64,000 bases of DNA, from positions 1 to 64,000 of IMG/VR virus record IMGVR_UViG_2740891861_000008. The stretch is one strand, 5' to 3'. Both the position numbers and the translations under genes were made by a program. This stretch comes from a virus (lineage: Duplodnaviria > Caudoviricetes). The notes beneath the pieces were generated by a model. That model was given only the letters and a program-made list of their open reading frames with translations. It ran no database searches and was not told the DNA's origin. Shown here piece after piece: positions 1 through 10,829 of this stretch. Position 1 is the stretch's first letter, and every line of letters begins with the position of its first letter.

Positions 1-48
1 CGATACCTCTCAAAAACGTACAAAACAAAACAACCAAACATAAATCAA

Positions 49-125
<77 letters not shown>

Positions 126-152
126 AAAAATAAAAAGATATCAGATGCTTAG

Positions 153-178
153 AACCCGACGTAAACCGTCGGGTTTTT
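153..178 (+). terminator. Intrinsic terminator after tRNA
   Basis: AACCCGACG-TAAAC-CGTCGGGTT followed by T-run. Confidence 0.8.
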
Positions 179-189
179 GCTTTTGGATT

Positions 190-210
190 TCTTGTCAACA
201 CCTGGTCAAC
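190..210. repeat. Putative integrase arm-type site (left)
   Basis: TCTTGTCAACACCTGGTCAAC, 19/21 identical to 53974-53994. Confidence 0.65.
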
Positions 211-258
211 GTTTTGCGAGCCCCCCATCGACGGTGCGGATAATCGTCGAAAGTACAC

Positions 259-1359
259 TCACAGCACCAACTCATAGTGCGTGCTGCGGCCGCCGCCTTC
301 GCCCTTCCGGAGCAGGCCGAGCTCGAGCAGCGCCGCGATGTCGCGGTTCGCGGTGTCCTGTGAGCACTTGGCGATGATGGCCCACTTCGAAGAGGTCATC
401 TTTCCCTCGAACCCATCAAGCAAGCGGTTCAGTACCTTGATCTGGCGTTCGTTCAGCGCCAGTGCTGCAGTGCGTTCCCAGAACTGCCCCTTGGCAACGA
501 CCGCCGCCAAGACGCCATCTGCGCCGTGGATGGCTCGGCCGAGGCAGTCGAGGAACCACAAAATCCACGCCGTGACGTCCGTGCCGCCCTTCTGGGTGCG
601 CTCAAGCTGGTCGTAGTACGCGTTCCGCTCGGTCCTGATCTGCGCGGACATACTGTAGAACCGCTGCGAGCTCCCCTCCGACCGGGCAAGCGCCAGGTCA
701 GCGATGGCGCGGGCGATGCGGCCGTTGCCGTCCTCGAATGGGTGGATCGTCACAAACCACAGATGCGCCAGCGCCGCCTTGATCACAGGGTCGGTGGCCA
801 AGGGCGCGTTGAACCATGCGAGGAAGGCTTCCATTTCCTCCGCGACGCGCGGTGCTGGCGGGGCCGAGTAGTGAACCTTCTCCCGGCCGTAGGGCCCCGA
901 CACAACCTGCATCGGGCCGGTACTGTCATCGCGCCAGTCCCCGACGATGATCTTCGTCATGCCGCTGCGGCCGGTGGGGAACAAAGCCGCATGCCATCCG
1001 AAAAGGCGCTCGGCGGTGAGCGCGGCCTGATAGTTCCGCGTCGCGTCCAGCATCACCTCGACGATGCCCTCCACATTGCGATCGGTCGGAGGCAGGGCGC
1101 CAATGTCGATGCCAAGCCGTCGCGCGAGGGATGACCGCACCTGAGTGGCATCCAGCTGCTCGCCCTCGATCTCGCTTGTCTTGACAACATCCTGCGTGAG
1201 GGTCTGCAGGACCGCCTCCTCGCGCAGCTTGAAGCCCAGCGCCTCCATCCGGCCGATCAGTCGGCCCTGGTTGTGACGCACTGCAGCCAGGGGCGCGGCG
1301 ATGCTGCCATCCTGCCAGTTCAGCTTCGGCCAGTCTGGTTGCTCCCAGATGTACACCAT
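259..1359 (-). CDS. fic: Fic family protein (DUF4172-type N-terminus, C-terminal wHTH)
   Basis: Canonical HPFEDGNGRIAR motif; YIWEQPDWP N-terminus; start moved to ATG 1359. Confidence 0.9.
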   Translation of the reverse strand: MVYIWEQPDWPKLNWQDGSIAAPLAAVRHNQGRLIGRMEALGFKLREEAVLQTLTQDVVKTSEIEGEQLDATQVRSSLARRLGIDIGALPPTDRNVEGIVEVMLDATRNYQAALTAERLFGWHAALFPTGRSGMTKIIVGDWRDDSTGPMQVVSGPYGREKVHYSAPPAPRVAEEMEAFLAWFNAPLATDPVIKAALAHLWFVTIHPFEDGNGRIARAIADLALARSEGSSQRFYSMSAQIRTERNAYYDQLERTQKGGTDVTAWILWFLDCLGRAIHGADGVLAAVVAKGQFWERTAALALNERQIKVLNRLLDGFEGKMTSSKWAIIAKCSQDTANRDIAALLELGLLRKGEGGGRSTHYELVL

Positions 1360-1716
1360 ATTCTCCGCGCTAGATGCGGCGATTGTGCGCAGCATTCTCC
1401 GCAAGCGCAAGAAAAACACCGCAAGACATGCGGAGAATGTGGGAGCTAATTCCGCACGACATCGATAGGTCTCGGATCTGACGCCACGCTGCGCATCTCA
1501 AAATCCTTTGGCGTCAGAATACAGGTTCAAACTGTCATCAACGGCTGTTGCTGCTAGCGGGCTGAAATCAAAGCACGCACGACACGAACGCGTGGTTTCG
1601 TCGATTGTCGGCCAATGAAGCTGTAGAACTCCCAACCACGGCCTGTGCACTCGCCAGTTGCAGTTCAAGCCGGTCGCAGCACAAGCTGACAGGGCGCGAC
1701 GACGAGGCCCAGTTCA

Positions 1717-4665
1717 TTGATTCGACTGCAACAACGCCCTTTGCTTGGTTTCCTGATTGATCCCTTTGGGATGTCTGCTCGTGCCATGGCGCTAGACGGG
1801 GATCACATCAGGATTACGCGAGGCGGTCAGGTTGCGACCGTGTCACTGCAGGCGCTGACCCATGCACCAGCTCTCCGGAAAGGGATGCTCGGAACTGCGC
1901 TGACCATAAACTCGCAGGAGCATAACATTGTCACGCTGAAGGGGGCGGGGCACGTCGCAGCGAGGGAGTTCGCGGAAGAGGTCAAGGAGGCCTGGACGCG
2001 CGTCAATCTCGTAGCCCTTGAGAAGGAAGCGGCGCGGCTGAACAGGGTTCTTGCCGGGGTGCTTGGACTAGCGGCACCGCCGCAATATCCCTCGGCGTGC
2101 AAGATCGCGCCGCTCATGGATGACGCCAAGGCTCTGGATGCATCGCTTCTGTCGAAGCTGAATGCCGATGCCATCGGCCCCGAGGTCGTCGCGCGCATCG
2201 CACCTGTCCGGAAATTCGTCGCCGACCCGCGAACGGCGCGGGCGAATGCCATCACCGCCTTCGTCACGGCCGAACTGGACCGCTGGAAGGATTTCTTCGA
2301 CACCATCGAGAGCAAGCCGCTGACGCCGGAACAGCGCCTTTCGGTTGTCGTCGATGAGGATGCGACGCTGGTTCTCGCCGGTGCGGGATCGGGGAAGACC
2401 AGCGTCATCACCGCAAAGGCGGCCTATCTGGTCAAGGCGGGCATCCGCCAGCCGGACGAAATCCTGCTTCTGGCCTTCGCGAAGAATGCGGCTGAGGAAA
2501 TGTCGGAACGGGTCGAGGCCCGATCTGGCGTACCCATCGTCGCGCGGACCTTCCACGCGATTGCCTACGACATCATCGGGATCGTCGAAGGGTCCAAGCC
2601 CGCCTTGGCGGATCATGCCACCGACGACACCGCCTTCTCCAACCTGATCAAGCAGATCCTGAAGGACCTGGTCTACCGTCTGTCAGAGGTGTCGAAGGCG
2701 ATCATCCAGTTCTTCGCGCATTTCCTTGTAGAGCCCAAGACGGAATGGGACTTCAAGACCAAGCATGACTTCTACACCCACATGGAAAGCCAAGACCTGC
2801 GGACGCTGCAGGGCGAAAAGGTCAAGAGCTACGAAGAACTGCGGATCGCCAACTGGCTTTACGAAAACGGCGTCGAGTACGAGTACGAGCCCCTCTACGA
2901 ACACAAGGTTTCCGAGATCGGCAGGCGCGATTACCAGCCCGATTTCCGCCTGACCGAAAGCGGCATCTACATCGAGCATTTCGGAGTGCGGCGTGAGAAG
3001 GCGCGGGACGGTAGCGAACGGCTGGTCACGGCGCCCTTCGTGGACCGCGACGAATACCTGGCGGGCATGGACTGGAAGCGGAAGGTCCACGCTGAGCATC
3101 AGACCACCCTGATCGAGACCTTCAGCTATGAGCGGCAGGAGGGCCGCCTGCTGACCGGCCTCGCCGAAAAGCTGGCGCCGCATGTCACCCAGACCCCCCG
3201 GCCCGTCGACACAATCTATGACCGGATCGTCGAGCTGAAGCAGGTCGATGACTTTTCCAAGCTGCTCGGAACCTTCCTGCGCAAATTCAAGAGCGGCGGC
3301 TACAGCCTGCAGGACTGCCAGACCAAGTCAGATCGGATGAAGCTGGGGAAACGCGCCCGGGCGTTCCTCGATGTCTTCGCGCCGGTCTTCGAGGAATATC
3401 AAAAGCGTCTGGAGGGCCGGATCGACTTCGAGGACATGATCCTGCGCGCCGCGCTCTATGCAGAGGACGGCCGCTATGTCAGCCCGTTCCGTCACATCCT
3501 GGTCGACGAGTTCCAGGACATCTCGCAAAGCCGCGCAAGGCTGGTGAAGGCGCTGAAGGCGCAGCATCCCGATGTGCGCGTCTTTGCCGTGGGTGACGAC
3601 TGGCAGTCGATCTTCCGCTTCGCCGGATCCGACATCCACCTAATGCGCCATTTCGGGCGGGAGTTCGGCGGCAGCTTCGACGGCGAGGCTGGCGTGCACA
3701 GGACCGTCGACCTCGGCCGCACCTTCCGGTCGGTCGACCACATCGCCTTTGCCGCCCGAACATTCGTTTTGCGGAACCCCGCCCAGATCGACAAGAAGAT
3801 CGTCCCGGCCGGGACTGCGACCGAACCGGCAATCAGGGTCGTCTCCGTGTCCAAGGGCGAGGATGAGGGGAAGCTGAACGAGCTGCTCGGCGCCCTGTCA
3901 GCCGCGATGGCGCCGGAGGCAAAGCCCGCGACGGTCCTGCTTCTTGGTCGCTATCGCTTCACCGAGCCGGACATGCCGGGTCTCCGCCGCCGGTTCCCGC
4001 GGCTGAAGATCAGCTTCAAGACCATCCATGCCTCGAAGGGTCTTGAGGCTGACCATGTCATCCTGCTGAACGCCGACAGCGGGCGCATGGGGTTCCCGTC
4101 AGAGATCGTCGACGACCCCCTCCTGTCTCTGGTCTCGCCCGAGGAGGAGGCGTTCCAGAACGCTGAAGAGCGGCGCGTCATGTATGTGGCGATGACGCGG
4201 GCTCGCCATACCCTGACGATCCTTGCCTCGAATGCCCGTCCTTCGTCCTTCGTGACCGAGCTTCGCAAAGATCCCGCCTACGGGATATCGACAGCCCCCG
4301 GAGCTGAAACAGAGGCCCACGTCTGTGGCGAATGCGGTGGGCGATTGCTGGGCGTGACCGGGCAGGATGGCCGCATCTGGTATCGATGCGAGCACGTCCA
4401 GCACTGCGGAAACCTGCTGCCCGCCTGCCCGTCGTGCAGCGCAGCACTGCCACGCCTTGCCGAGGGGACGAGCGAGGTTCGCTGCGGGTGTGGTGCCAGT
4501 TATCCGACTTGCCCGGAGTGCGAGGATGGCTGGCTGGTCGAACGAAGCGGCACTTTTGGCAAGTTCCTTGGCTGCGTCCGCTACCCGACATGTACCGGGA
4601 AAGCGAAAATTTCAGGTGGTGACCGGCCGACGATCACCAAATCACGACGCCGAACCAGGGCTTGA
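1717..4665 (+). CDS. UvrD/HelD-like SF1 helicase with inserted PD-(D/E)xK-like domain and C-terminal Zn ribbons
   Basis: AGAGSGKT, DEFQD, GDDWQSIFRF, TIHASKGLE, EERRVMYVAMTRA; insert KSYEELRIAN..PDF..YIEHFG; several CxxC pairs at C-terminus. Confidence 0.85.
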   Translation: MIRLQQRPLLGFLIDPFGMSARAMALDGDHIRITRGGQVATVSLQALTHAPALRKGMLGTALTINSQEHNIVTLKGAGHVAAREFAEEVKEAWTRVNLVALEKEAARLNRVLAGVLGLAAPPQYPSACKIAPLMDDAKALDASLLSKLNADAIGPEVVARIAPVRKFVADPRTARANAITAFVTAELDRWKDFFDTIESKPLTPEQRLSVVVDEDATLVLAGAGSGKTSVITAKAAYLVKAGIRQPDEILLLAFAKNAAEEMSERVEARSGVPIVARTFHAIAYDIIGIVEGSKPALADHATDDTAFSNLIKQILKDLVYRLSEVSKAIIQFFAHFLVEPKTEWDFKTKHDFYTHMESQDLRTLQGEKVKSYEELRIANWLYENGVEYEYEPLYEHKVSEIGRRDYQPDFRLTESGIYIEHFGVRREKARDGSERLVTAPFVDRDEYLAGMDWKRKVHAEHQTTLIETFSYERQEGRLLTGLAEKLAPHVTQTPRPVDTIYDRIVELKQVDDFSKLLGTFLRKFKSGGYSLQDCQTKSDRMKLGKRARAFLDVFAPVFEEYQKRLEGRIDFEDMILRAALYAEDGRYVSPFRHILVDEFQDISQSRARLVKALKAQHPDVRVFAVGDDWQSIFRFAGSDIHLMRHFGREFGGSFDGEAGVHRTVDLGRTFRSVDHIAFAARTFVLRNPAQIDKKIVPAGTATEPAIRVVSVSKGEDEGKLNELLGALSAAMAPEAKPATVLLLGRYRFTEPDMPGLRRRFPRLKISFKTIHASKGLEADHVILLNADSGRMGFPSEIVDDPLLSLVSPEEEAFQNAEERRVMYVAMTRARHTLTILASNARPSSFVTELRKDPAYGISTAPGAETEAHVCGECGGRLLGVTGQDGRIWYRCEHVQHCGNLLPACPSCSAALPRLAEGTSEVRCGCGASYPTCPECEDGWLVERSGTFGKFLGCVRYPTCTGKAKISGGDRPTITKSRRRTRA

Positions 4666-4872
4666 TCCAAGTTGCACAATTGTGCCCATCGCCGCAGGGG
4701 ACAGATGCCGCTTAGCTGTGCCACCATTCCGCCGCAGCGAATCCCTGCCGCTCTTTGAAACCGTGAACCTGTGATCCGGGCCGGGCGATGCGCCATGGTC
4801 GAGGCGTTCGGCGCTTCCCGTTGATGTCGCTCGGCCCGGGCTTCACACGCGTTGGTTTCCTATGAAGCCTGA

Positions 4873-6795
4873 TCAGAAATCCGTCTCCAGATAAACCCCG
4901 GCGCAGTCATAAGCGACCGCCGCCGCCGTTGCGCCGGTGTTCAGGAACAACCGCGGCGACAGGAATTGCGTGGTGGCAGGCAGGTCAGCGGTGATCTCCT
5001 GTTCGAAAATCGCGCCGGAGACCTCGTCCACCACCCGCACCCAGACGGAACTGCCGTTTGGCGGTGCGGCGATGAACAGGGTCAGCACGCCGCCCGTGGC
5101 GATGGCGAAGGACGCGCCCATGTCGGTCAGCGTCGGCGCCCCGGTGCCATCGTTCGCGACCAGCTGCCAACGGGTGTGCGTCCCGCGCTGGAAGCCGACC
5201 CCGATGCAGTTGATGGCCGCGGCCAGCGTCAGCGTGGTGGCGAGCGCGGCCGTCGATCCGTAAAGCCCGAAGAAGCCCATGCCGGTCGCCTGCAGCGTGG
5301 TCAACGAAATCCGCGTCACAAAGGTCCAGCCGCCGAGGCCTGCGGCATTGCCGCGCCAGCAGGCCCAGCCTGCCGATCGCTGGTCTGCTGCAGAATCCAC
5401 AACTGCCGCGGAGGTCAGACGCCAGCGCCGCATGCTGGCGGCCAGGTTCGTGGCGGCGAGGGTCGGGTGTGAGACGGTGCCGACCGAGGTGATCGGCATG
5501 CCTTCCGTTGTGATCGTGGTGCTGACCGACGGCGACCAGGTCGCGATCCGGTTCACCCCGAAATGCGGCTGCAGGGGGAAGTCCCGGCCGGAGGGGCGCA
5601 TCACGTCGATCCACGGGGCCCCCGCCCGGTTGCGGGCGTAGACGGCCGCCTTCCCCGCGGGCGGCGGGGGCGGCGCGGCGCTGAGGCCGGGCAACACCGT
5701 CGGCTGCGGCAGTTCCACCTGGCCGTTGGTCCGGTCGATGCGGAGCGCGTCATAGAAGGCCGACCCGTCCGGGCTGACCTTGAAGCTGAAGTCGTCGTTG
5801 CCGAGCAACCCGATGAGGGCGCGGGCGGAGAAACCGGTCTTGAAGGCGAAGGCCGCATCGTTCGCCGGGGCCGCCTTGTTCACTGTCGCCTCGATCCCCG
5901 CGCCTGCATTGTTCAGGAGGACCGCAGGCGTGTTGACCGACAGCCGGTTGTAGCTGTCGGCCGTCGCCCCGCCGAGGCCCAAGAGTTGCGCGGTAAGGTT
6001 CGCCTGCGGCATGCCGACCTGCGTGACGGCATTGGCGAAGGTGACCGTGGGCGTGTTCACCACCGTCGTGCCGCCCGCGCCAGCCGTCGCAGAGCCGATG
6101 TTCACGACCGTGGTCGATCCGGAGGCGCCGCCGGTGCCGATGTTCACGGTCTTGGTGACGCCGGTCGTCGTGGCGCCGGTGCCCATACCGTAGGTGGCGG
6201 TCGTCGTCGCCGTCCCAATACTGGCCGACGCCGCCGAGACCGTAACCGTGCCCGAAGCGGTCAGCGTTCCCGAGAAGGTCTTGCTACCGGTGAAGGTCTG
6301 GGTGCCTGCAAGGATCGCCAGTTCCGACGAGGTATTCGGCAGGGTGAAGCTGCGCGTTGTGCCTGCGCTGATTCCTGCGAGGGAGAAGGTGGCCTTCTTT
6401 GTCGGGTCCGCATCGTTCACCAGGCTGAAGACCGCGTCCGAGACGTCGCGCGGCTCGCCCACGACCTCCCAGACGCTGCCGCTCCAGACGAGGAACAGGC
6501 CCTCGGCTGCGACCCACACCAGCCAGCCGGTGCGCGGGACGAGGCGGATCCAAGCGCCATCGACCCAGAAGGCGATGTTCAGATCCCATCCCGCCCAGAG
6601 GCCGGTGGCGCCCGGGGCCACAAGATAGCGATTGCCGTCCGCCGGGCTGGCCGGGGGCGCGGTGCGCGTGCGGTCGAGGACCGAGAGCTGCACCATGGCA
6701 TCGAGCAGCCGCAGGGCCTCGTTGTGGGTGACATGCTTCTGCGCCTGCGCCGCCAGAAGGTAGGGCAGGCCCAGATGGGTCGTGGTGTCGGACAT
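4873..6795 (-). CDS. DUF2793-type tail fibre / receptor-binding protein
   Basis: LPYLLAAQAQKHVTHNEAL N-terminus; Thr/Gly-rich repeats; last gene of tail operon; start ATG 6795. Confidence 0.85.
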   Translation of the reverse strand: MSDTTTHLGLPYLLAAQAQKHVTHNEALRLLDAMVQLSVLDRTRTAPPASPADGNRYLVAPGATGLWAGWDLNIAFWVDGAWIRLVPRTGWLVWVAAEGLFLVWSGSVWEVVGEPRDVSDAVFSLVNDADPTKKATFSLAGISAGTTRSFTLPNTSSELAILAGTQTFTGSKTFSGTLTASGTVTVSAASASIGTATTTATYGMGTGATTTGVTKTVNIGTGGASGSTTVVNIGSATAGAGGTTVVNTPTVTFANAVTQVGMPQANLTAQLLGLGGATADSYNRLSVNTPAVLLNNAGAGIEATVNKAAPANDAAFAFKTGFSARALIGLLGNDDFSFKVSPDGSAFYDALRIDRTNGQVELPQPTVLPGLSAAPPPPPAGKAAVYARNRAGAPWIDVMRPSGRDFPLQPHFGVNRIATWSPSVSTTITTEGMPITSVGTVSHPTLAATNLAASMRRWRLTSAAVVDSAADQRSAGWACWRGNAAGLGGWTFVTRISLTTLQATGMGFFGLYGSTAALATTLTLAAAINCIGVGFQRGTHTRWQLVANDGTGAPTLTDMGASFAIATGGVLTLFIAAPPNGSSVWVRVVDEVSGAIFEQEITADLPATTQFLSPRLFLNTGATAAAVAYDCAGVYLETDF

Positions 6796-6806
6796 GGGAA
6801 ATTCCG

Positions 6807-9800
6807 TCAGAACTGGAGGGTCACGGCCGCGGGCGTGCCGCGGCCGAGGCGGTTCGAGAGCTGGTAGATGCGGATCGCCAGCGTCTGGCCGGGCCCGAGC
6901 GGAGCACCCCAATCAGTGGTCTGCTGGGCGGCGGTGTAGAGGACGGAGGTCGTGGAGCTGGTCAGGGTGCGCTTGATGGTCGTCCCGTCGAGGATCTGCA
7001 CATCGTACCTTTCGAAGTCTTCGGCCAATGGCACCTCGACCTGTTCCCAGGCATCGGCGACCAGCGCGCGGGAGCGGCGCGTCCAGCGGATGGTCAGATC
7101 GCCAGGGCTGCGGGCCGTTCGCCACGGCTGTTCGATCTGGACCGGGGCGAAGGGGACAAGCCCCCGGCCAGTGGGGGTGAAGCCCAGCGCGGCGTAGCTC
7201 GCGTCGCTGACCGCTCGCGCAGCCGGGCCGACCCGCCAGTTCCATGGCAGACCGAGATCGGCCTCGGCGATGGGTAGCGAGGCCAATGTCGTGTCCAGCA
7301 CAACGACCCGCGCCCCTGCCGGGGCCGGGTTGCCCATCGCATGTTCCGTCCCACGCTGGCCTCGCAGGAGGCGGGTCAGGCGGTAGCGGCCCGGGGCGAT
7401 GAGTTCAGCCGCGCCCGCCTGGACGATTTCCCAAAGGCCCGCCGCTGTCTCGACCGCCAGCGCATTCGCCCCGCCGAACAGCGCGACGTCGGTCACGCTT
7501 TCCAGCGTACCGGACAGGAGATCGACGATCAGCGCGTTGCCCAGATCGAAGCGGGAGGATGGCCCGGGAAAGAAGTCGAGGGCCAGAGTGCCGATCCGGG
7601 CCCAACTGCCGAAAGTGGTCAGGAGGTTGAAGCCATCGGTCGAGGCGCTGCGGAAGACGGCGATCTCGCCCGGCCAGGGGCTGGCATGGGCAGCGATCAG
7701 GGGGCGATGGGCGGGCTGGTCCTCGCTGATCTGGGGCAGGTCCAGCATCACCACCTCGGGCGTGCCGAACACGACGGGGCTGGCGAGCGAGGCCGGGCGG
7801 GGATCGCCGGGCGGCAGATCGTAGGCGGCCCTGTCCTGGCGGACAGCCTCGATCCCTCGTGCCTCGGCATCGGCCACCGACACCAGCCGGAACTCGACCT
7901 CGCGGCCGTCATGGGCCAGCCGGATCACGTCGGCAGGGTCGAGGGCCAGGCGAGACGGCGGCAGGCGGAAGGTCGCGCTCTCGCGGCCGATCCAGGCTTC
8001 CATCAGCGCGCGACGGCAGCGGCGTTCCGCCTCCTCGGGCGGGATTGCGATGGGGAAGGACTCGGAGGCGATGCGGGTGGTGTCGACTGTGATGCGGCGG
8101 GCCTCGACAAGCGCTGCGTCATAATCCTCATCCGCCCGAGCGACCTGCCACTTCAGGGCCTGGGGCAGTTCCGTCTCCTGGCCACGGGTCAGCTCGAAGG
8201 CCTCGCCCTCGCGAGAGGCGACAAGATCGTCGATGGTGAGCGTCGCAACCGAGGCCCGCCCGCGCATGACGAAGCGGATCACGCCCTCCGTCTCGATGGC
8301 ATCGAAGCCGAAATGCCGTGCCAAGGTGGAAATCGATGCGCGCGGGCTTTCCAGCGCGCCGATCACATAACCCTCGACCGCGCCCCAGAGACCGGAACCA
8401 TCGATGAGGTCTTCCGCCAGTCCAGCGCGCAGGCAGAGGTGGCGCACGAGCGCGGCCAGCGACACCGCGCCCAGCCTGCCGGTCAGCCAGTGGCCAAGGC
8501 GCCAATTCGGGCCGTCCGTCCAGACCCCGGTAAGTTCCGGAAAGAACGGATAGGGCCGCGCATCCCAGGTCCAGGCGGCACATTCCGGCACATGCACCAT
8601 CCGGCCGCCGTAGACGGGTGAGGGCGGGTTGTTCGCGTCCTGACCCCACCAGAGATAGCTGGCCTCGAGGTAGGCACGCTGGATCGCGTCATCCCGCCAG
8701 CCGCGCGAGAAGTAGGGCGTGAAGCTCTCCGACGACTTCGGGTCGAAGAAGACGTTCGGCTGGTTTGTGCCCCGGTCGATTGCGGGGCAGCCCAGTTCCG
8801 TGAACCAGACGGGCTTTGATTGCGGCACCCATGCGGTCGGCGTGCCGATCTCGACCCCACCCGGCCGGTTGAAATGCGGGTTCGACCACCAGGCGCGCAG
8901 ATCCTTGTAGCGGAAGACCCAAGGCTTGCCCGCGCTGCCATCTGTGATCGGGGTGCGGATCTGTGCCGATCGATCCGCCGCGCTGGCATAGAACCAGTCG
9001 AAGCCCTCGCCGCCTGCAATGTTGGCCTGCAGGTAGCCCCGGTCATGGATCGCGGGCCAGCCTTGCAGCGCATCGGCATGGTCGAACCCGTCGCGCCAGT
9101 CGGAGAGCGGCATGTAATTGTCGATGCCAATGAAATCGATGTTGGCATCCGACCAGAGCGGGTCGAGGTGGAAATAGACATCGCCGCTGCCATCGCCCGG
9201 TTGATGCCCAAAATACTCCGACCAGTCCGAGGCGTAGCCGACCTTGGTGCCCGGCCCGAGGATCGACTTCACATCCGCCGCCAGCGCCTTGAACGCGGTG
9301 ACGGCCGGATAGGCGCTGGCGCTGGAGCGGATCGTGGTCAGCCCGCGCATCTCGGTCCCGATCAGGAAGGCATCGACACCGCCCGCCACAGCGCAGAGAT
9401 GGGCGTAGTGCAGGATCATCCGGCGCAGGCCCCAGTTGCCCGAGGGGCCGATCCAGGTCACGTTGTCGCCCGAAACTGCGAACTGCGCCGGGGTGGCTGC
9501 GCCGAAGAAGCTGGAAACCTGCGTCGCTGCAGCGGTGGTCTTGTCGGCCGTCCCGGCAAAGCCTGCCGCCGGGGAACAGGTGATCCGGCCCCGCCAGGGG
9601 AAGGAAGGCTGGCCCGGCGTGGCGGCGTTGGTAGAATAGGGGTTCGGCAGGGTGTTGCCGGGCGGAACGTCCATCAACAGGAACGGATAGAACGTCACCC
9701 GCAGCCCGCGCGCCTTCATCTCGCGGATCGCCTGCACCACAGCGAAATCCGCAGGTGTGCCGCCATAGACCGGACGATCCTCGGCATCGCGGCTGACGAG

Positions 9801-10805
9801 ATGGGCATTCGCCCGTGCCACGCCGTTGACCGTCCACACCTTCGGGCTGGTGACCTTCGTCGCCACTTCGACGCCCGGCTTGATGCTGCAGTTGCCCGCA
9901 CGCAGGTCATTGCCGAACCAGGCGACGACCAGGCTGACGCTTTCGACGGCAGGGGCCATGGCCTGCAGCCGATCGAGGGCCACGACGATATCAACCTCGT
10001 CGGGCAGCGCGTTCAGGTTCTCGGCCGAGGTGGTGCCGCCGGTCGTCTGGCCGAACACCGTGGTCGTGGCCCCGACTGTCTTGCGGACAGCCTCCGTGGC
10101 ATAGGTGAACTCCCCCGAGGCCGGGATCATGGTCACCGCCTTGACCAGACCCTCGGCCGTGTCCGGGTCGGCCAGCGGCCGGAACACCTCGAAGGACAGT
10201 TGCGGCAGGCGGTTGCCGTAGGTCGAGAGCGGCAGTTCCTCGAAGACTACGTAGGCCGTGCCGCGGTAGGCGGGCGTATTGGCTGCGCCCATCTTCGCCG
10301 CGATGAACGGGTCGGCCGTCTGGGCCTCGTCGCCTCGATACCAGCGCCAGGTGATGCCGGTCATGTCGAGCGGCTTGCCGTCGGCCCAGATGCGACCGAT
10401 GCCTGTAATCGGACCCTCGCAAAGCGCCACCGCGAAGCTGGCGTAGTAGAGGTACTCGGTCGTCTGGACCCGCCCGCCGCCGCCGCCCTTGCCGCCGCCC
10501 TGTGTGGTGGTCTTCGTCTCCTCGCGGAAATCCGTGGCCCATATGATGTTGCCGCCGATGCGCATGCGGCCGTAGAGGCGCGGGATGATCGCACCCTCCG
10601 TCGCCGAGGTGATGCGCAGGCTGTCGAGGCGCTGCCCCTCGATCTTCTGGGCAGGCGCCAGCGAGGACACGATCCAGCTGTCGACCACCGATCCGATGGT
10701 GGAGCCGATGAAACCGCCGATGGCGGCGCCAGAAAAGCCGAGGATCGCGCCGCCAAAGGCCCCGCCGATGGCGGAGCCGACAGCGCCGAGGACAAGCGTG
10801 GCCAT
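6807..10805 (-). CDS. GTA-type baseplate multidomain protein (megatron / host specificity, TIM-barrel)
   Basis: YGRMRIGGNIIWA, GIDNYMPLSDWRDG, TELGCPAIDRGTNQPNVFFDPKSSES motifs; ~1330 aa. Confidence 0.9.
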   Translation of the reverse strand: MATLVLGAVGSAIGGAFGGAILGFSGAAIGGFIGSTIGSVVDSWIVSSLAPAQKIEGQRLDSLRITSATEGAIIPRLYGRMRIGGNIIWATDFREETKTTTQGGGKGGGGGRVQTTEYLYYASFAVALCEGPITGIGRIWADGKPLDMTGITWRWYRGDEAQTADPFIAAKMGAANTPAYRGTAYVVFEELPLSTYGNRLPQLSFEVFRPLADPDTAEGLVKAVTMIPASGEFTYATEAVRKTVGATTTVFGQTTGGTTSAENLNALPDEVDIVVALDRLQAMAPAVESVSLVVAWFGNDLRAGNCSIKPGVEVATKVTSPKVWTVNGVARANAHLVSRDAEDRPVYGGTPADFAVVQAIREMKARGLRVTFYPFLLMDVPPGNTLPNPYSTNAATPGQPSFPWRGRITCSPAAGFAGTADKTTAAATQVSSFFGAATPAQFAVSGDNVTWIGPSGNWGLRRMILHYAHLCAVAGGVDAFLIGTEMRGLTTIRSSASAYPAVTAFKALAADVKSILGPGTKVGYASDWSEYFGHQPGDGSGDVYFHLDPLWSDANIDFIGIDNYMPLSDWRDGFDHADALQGWPAIHDRGYLQANIAGGEGFDWFYASAADRSAQIRTPITDGSAGKPWVFRYKDLRAWWSNPHFNRPGGVEIGTPTAWVPQSKPVWFTELGCPAIDRGTNQPNVFFDPKSSESFTPYFSRGWRDDAIQRAYLEASYLWWGQDANNPPSPVYGGRMVHVPECAAWTWDARPYPFFPELTGVWTDGPNWRLGHWLTGRLGAVSLAALVRHLCLRAGLAEDLIDGSGLWGAVEGYVIGALESPRASISTLARHFGFDAIETEGVIRFVMRGRASVATLTIDDLVASREGEAFELTRGQETELPQALKWQVARADEDYDAALVEARRITVDTTRIASESFPIAIPPEEAERRCRRALMEAWIGRESATFRLPPSRLALDPADVIRLAHDGREVEFRLVSVADAEARGIEAVRQDRAAYDLPPGDPRPASLASPVVFGTPEVVMLDLPQISEDQPAHRPLIAAHASPWPGEIAVFRSASTDGFNLLTTFGSWARIGTLALDFFPGPSSRFDLGNALIVDLLSGTLESVTDVALFGGANALAVETAAGLWEIVQAGAAELIAPGRYRLTRLLRGQRGTEHAMGNPAPAGARVVVLDTTLASLPIAEADLGLPWNWRVGPAARAVSDASYAALGFTPTGRGLVPFAPVQIEQPWRTARSPGDLTIRWTRRSRALVADAWEQVEVPLAEDFERYDVQILDGTTIKRTLTSSTTSVLYTAAQQTTDWGAPLGPGQTLAIRIYQLSNRLGRGTPAAVTLQF

Positions 10806-10829
10806 CTGCAAATCTCGAGATTGTAGGGG

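Noticed and set aside
4873-6795. Diversity-generating retroelement or invertible tail-fibre cassette
   Set aside because: No reverse transcriptase, invertase or template repeat seen in the window
8820-10826. 668-aa plus-strand ORF and similar long antisense ORFs (7341-8621, 14383-15822, 60586-62628)
   Set aside because: Antisense shadows of high-GC coding genes; no motifs
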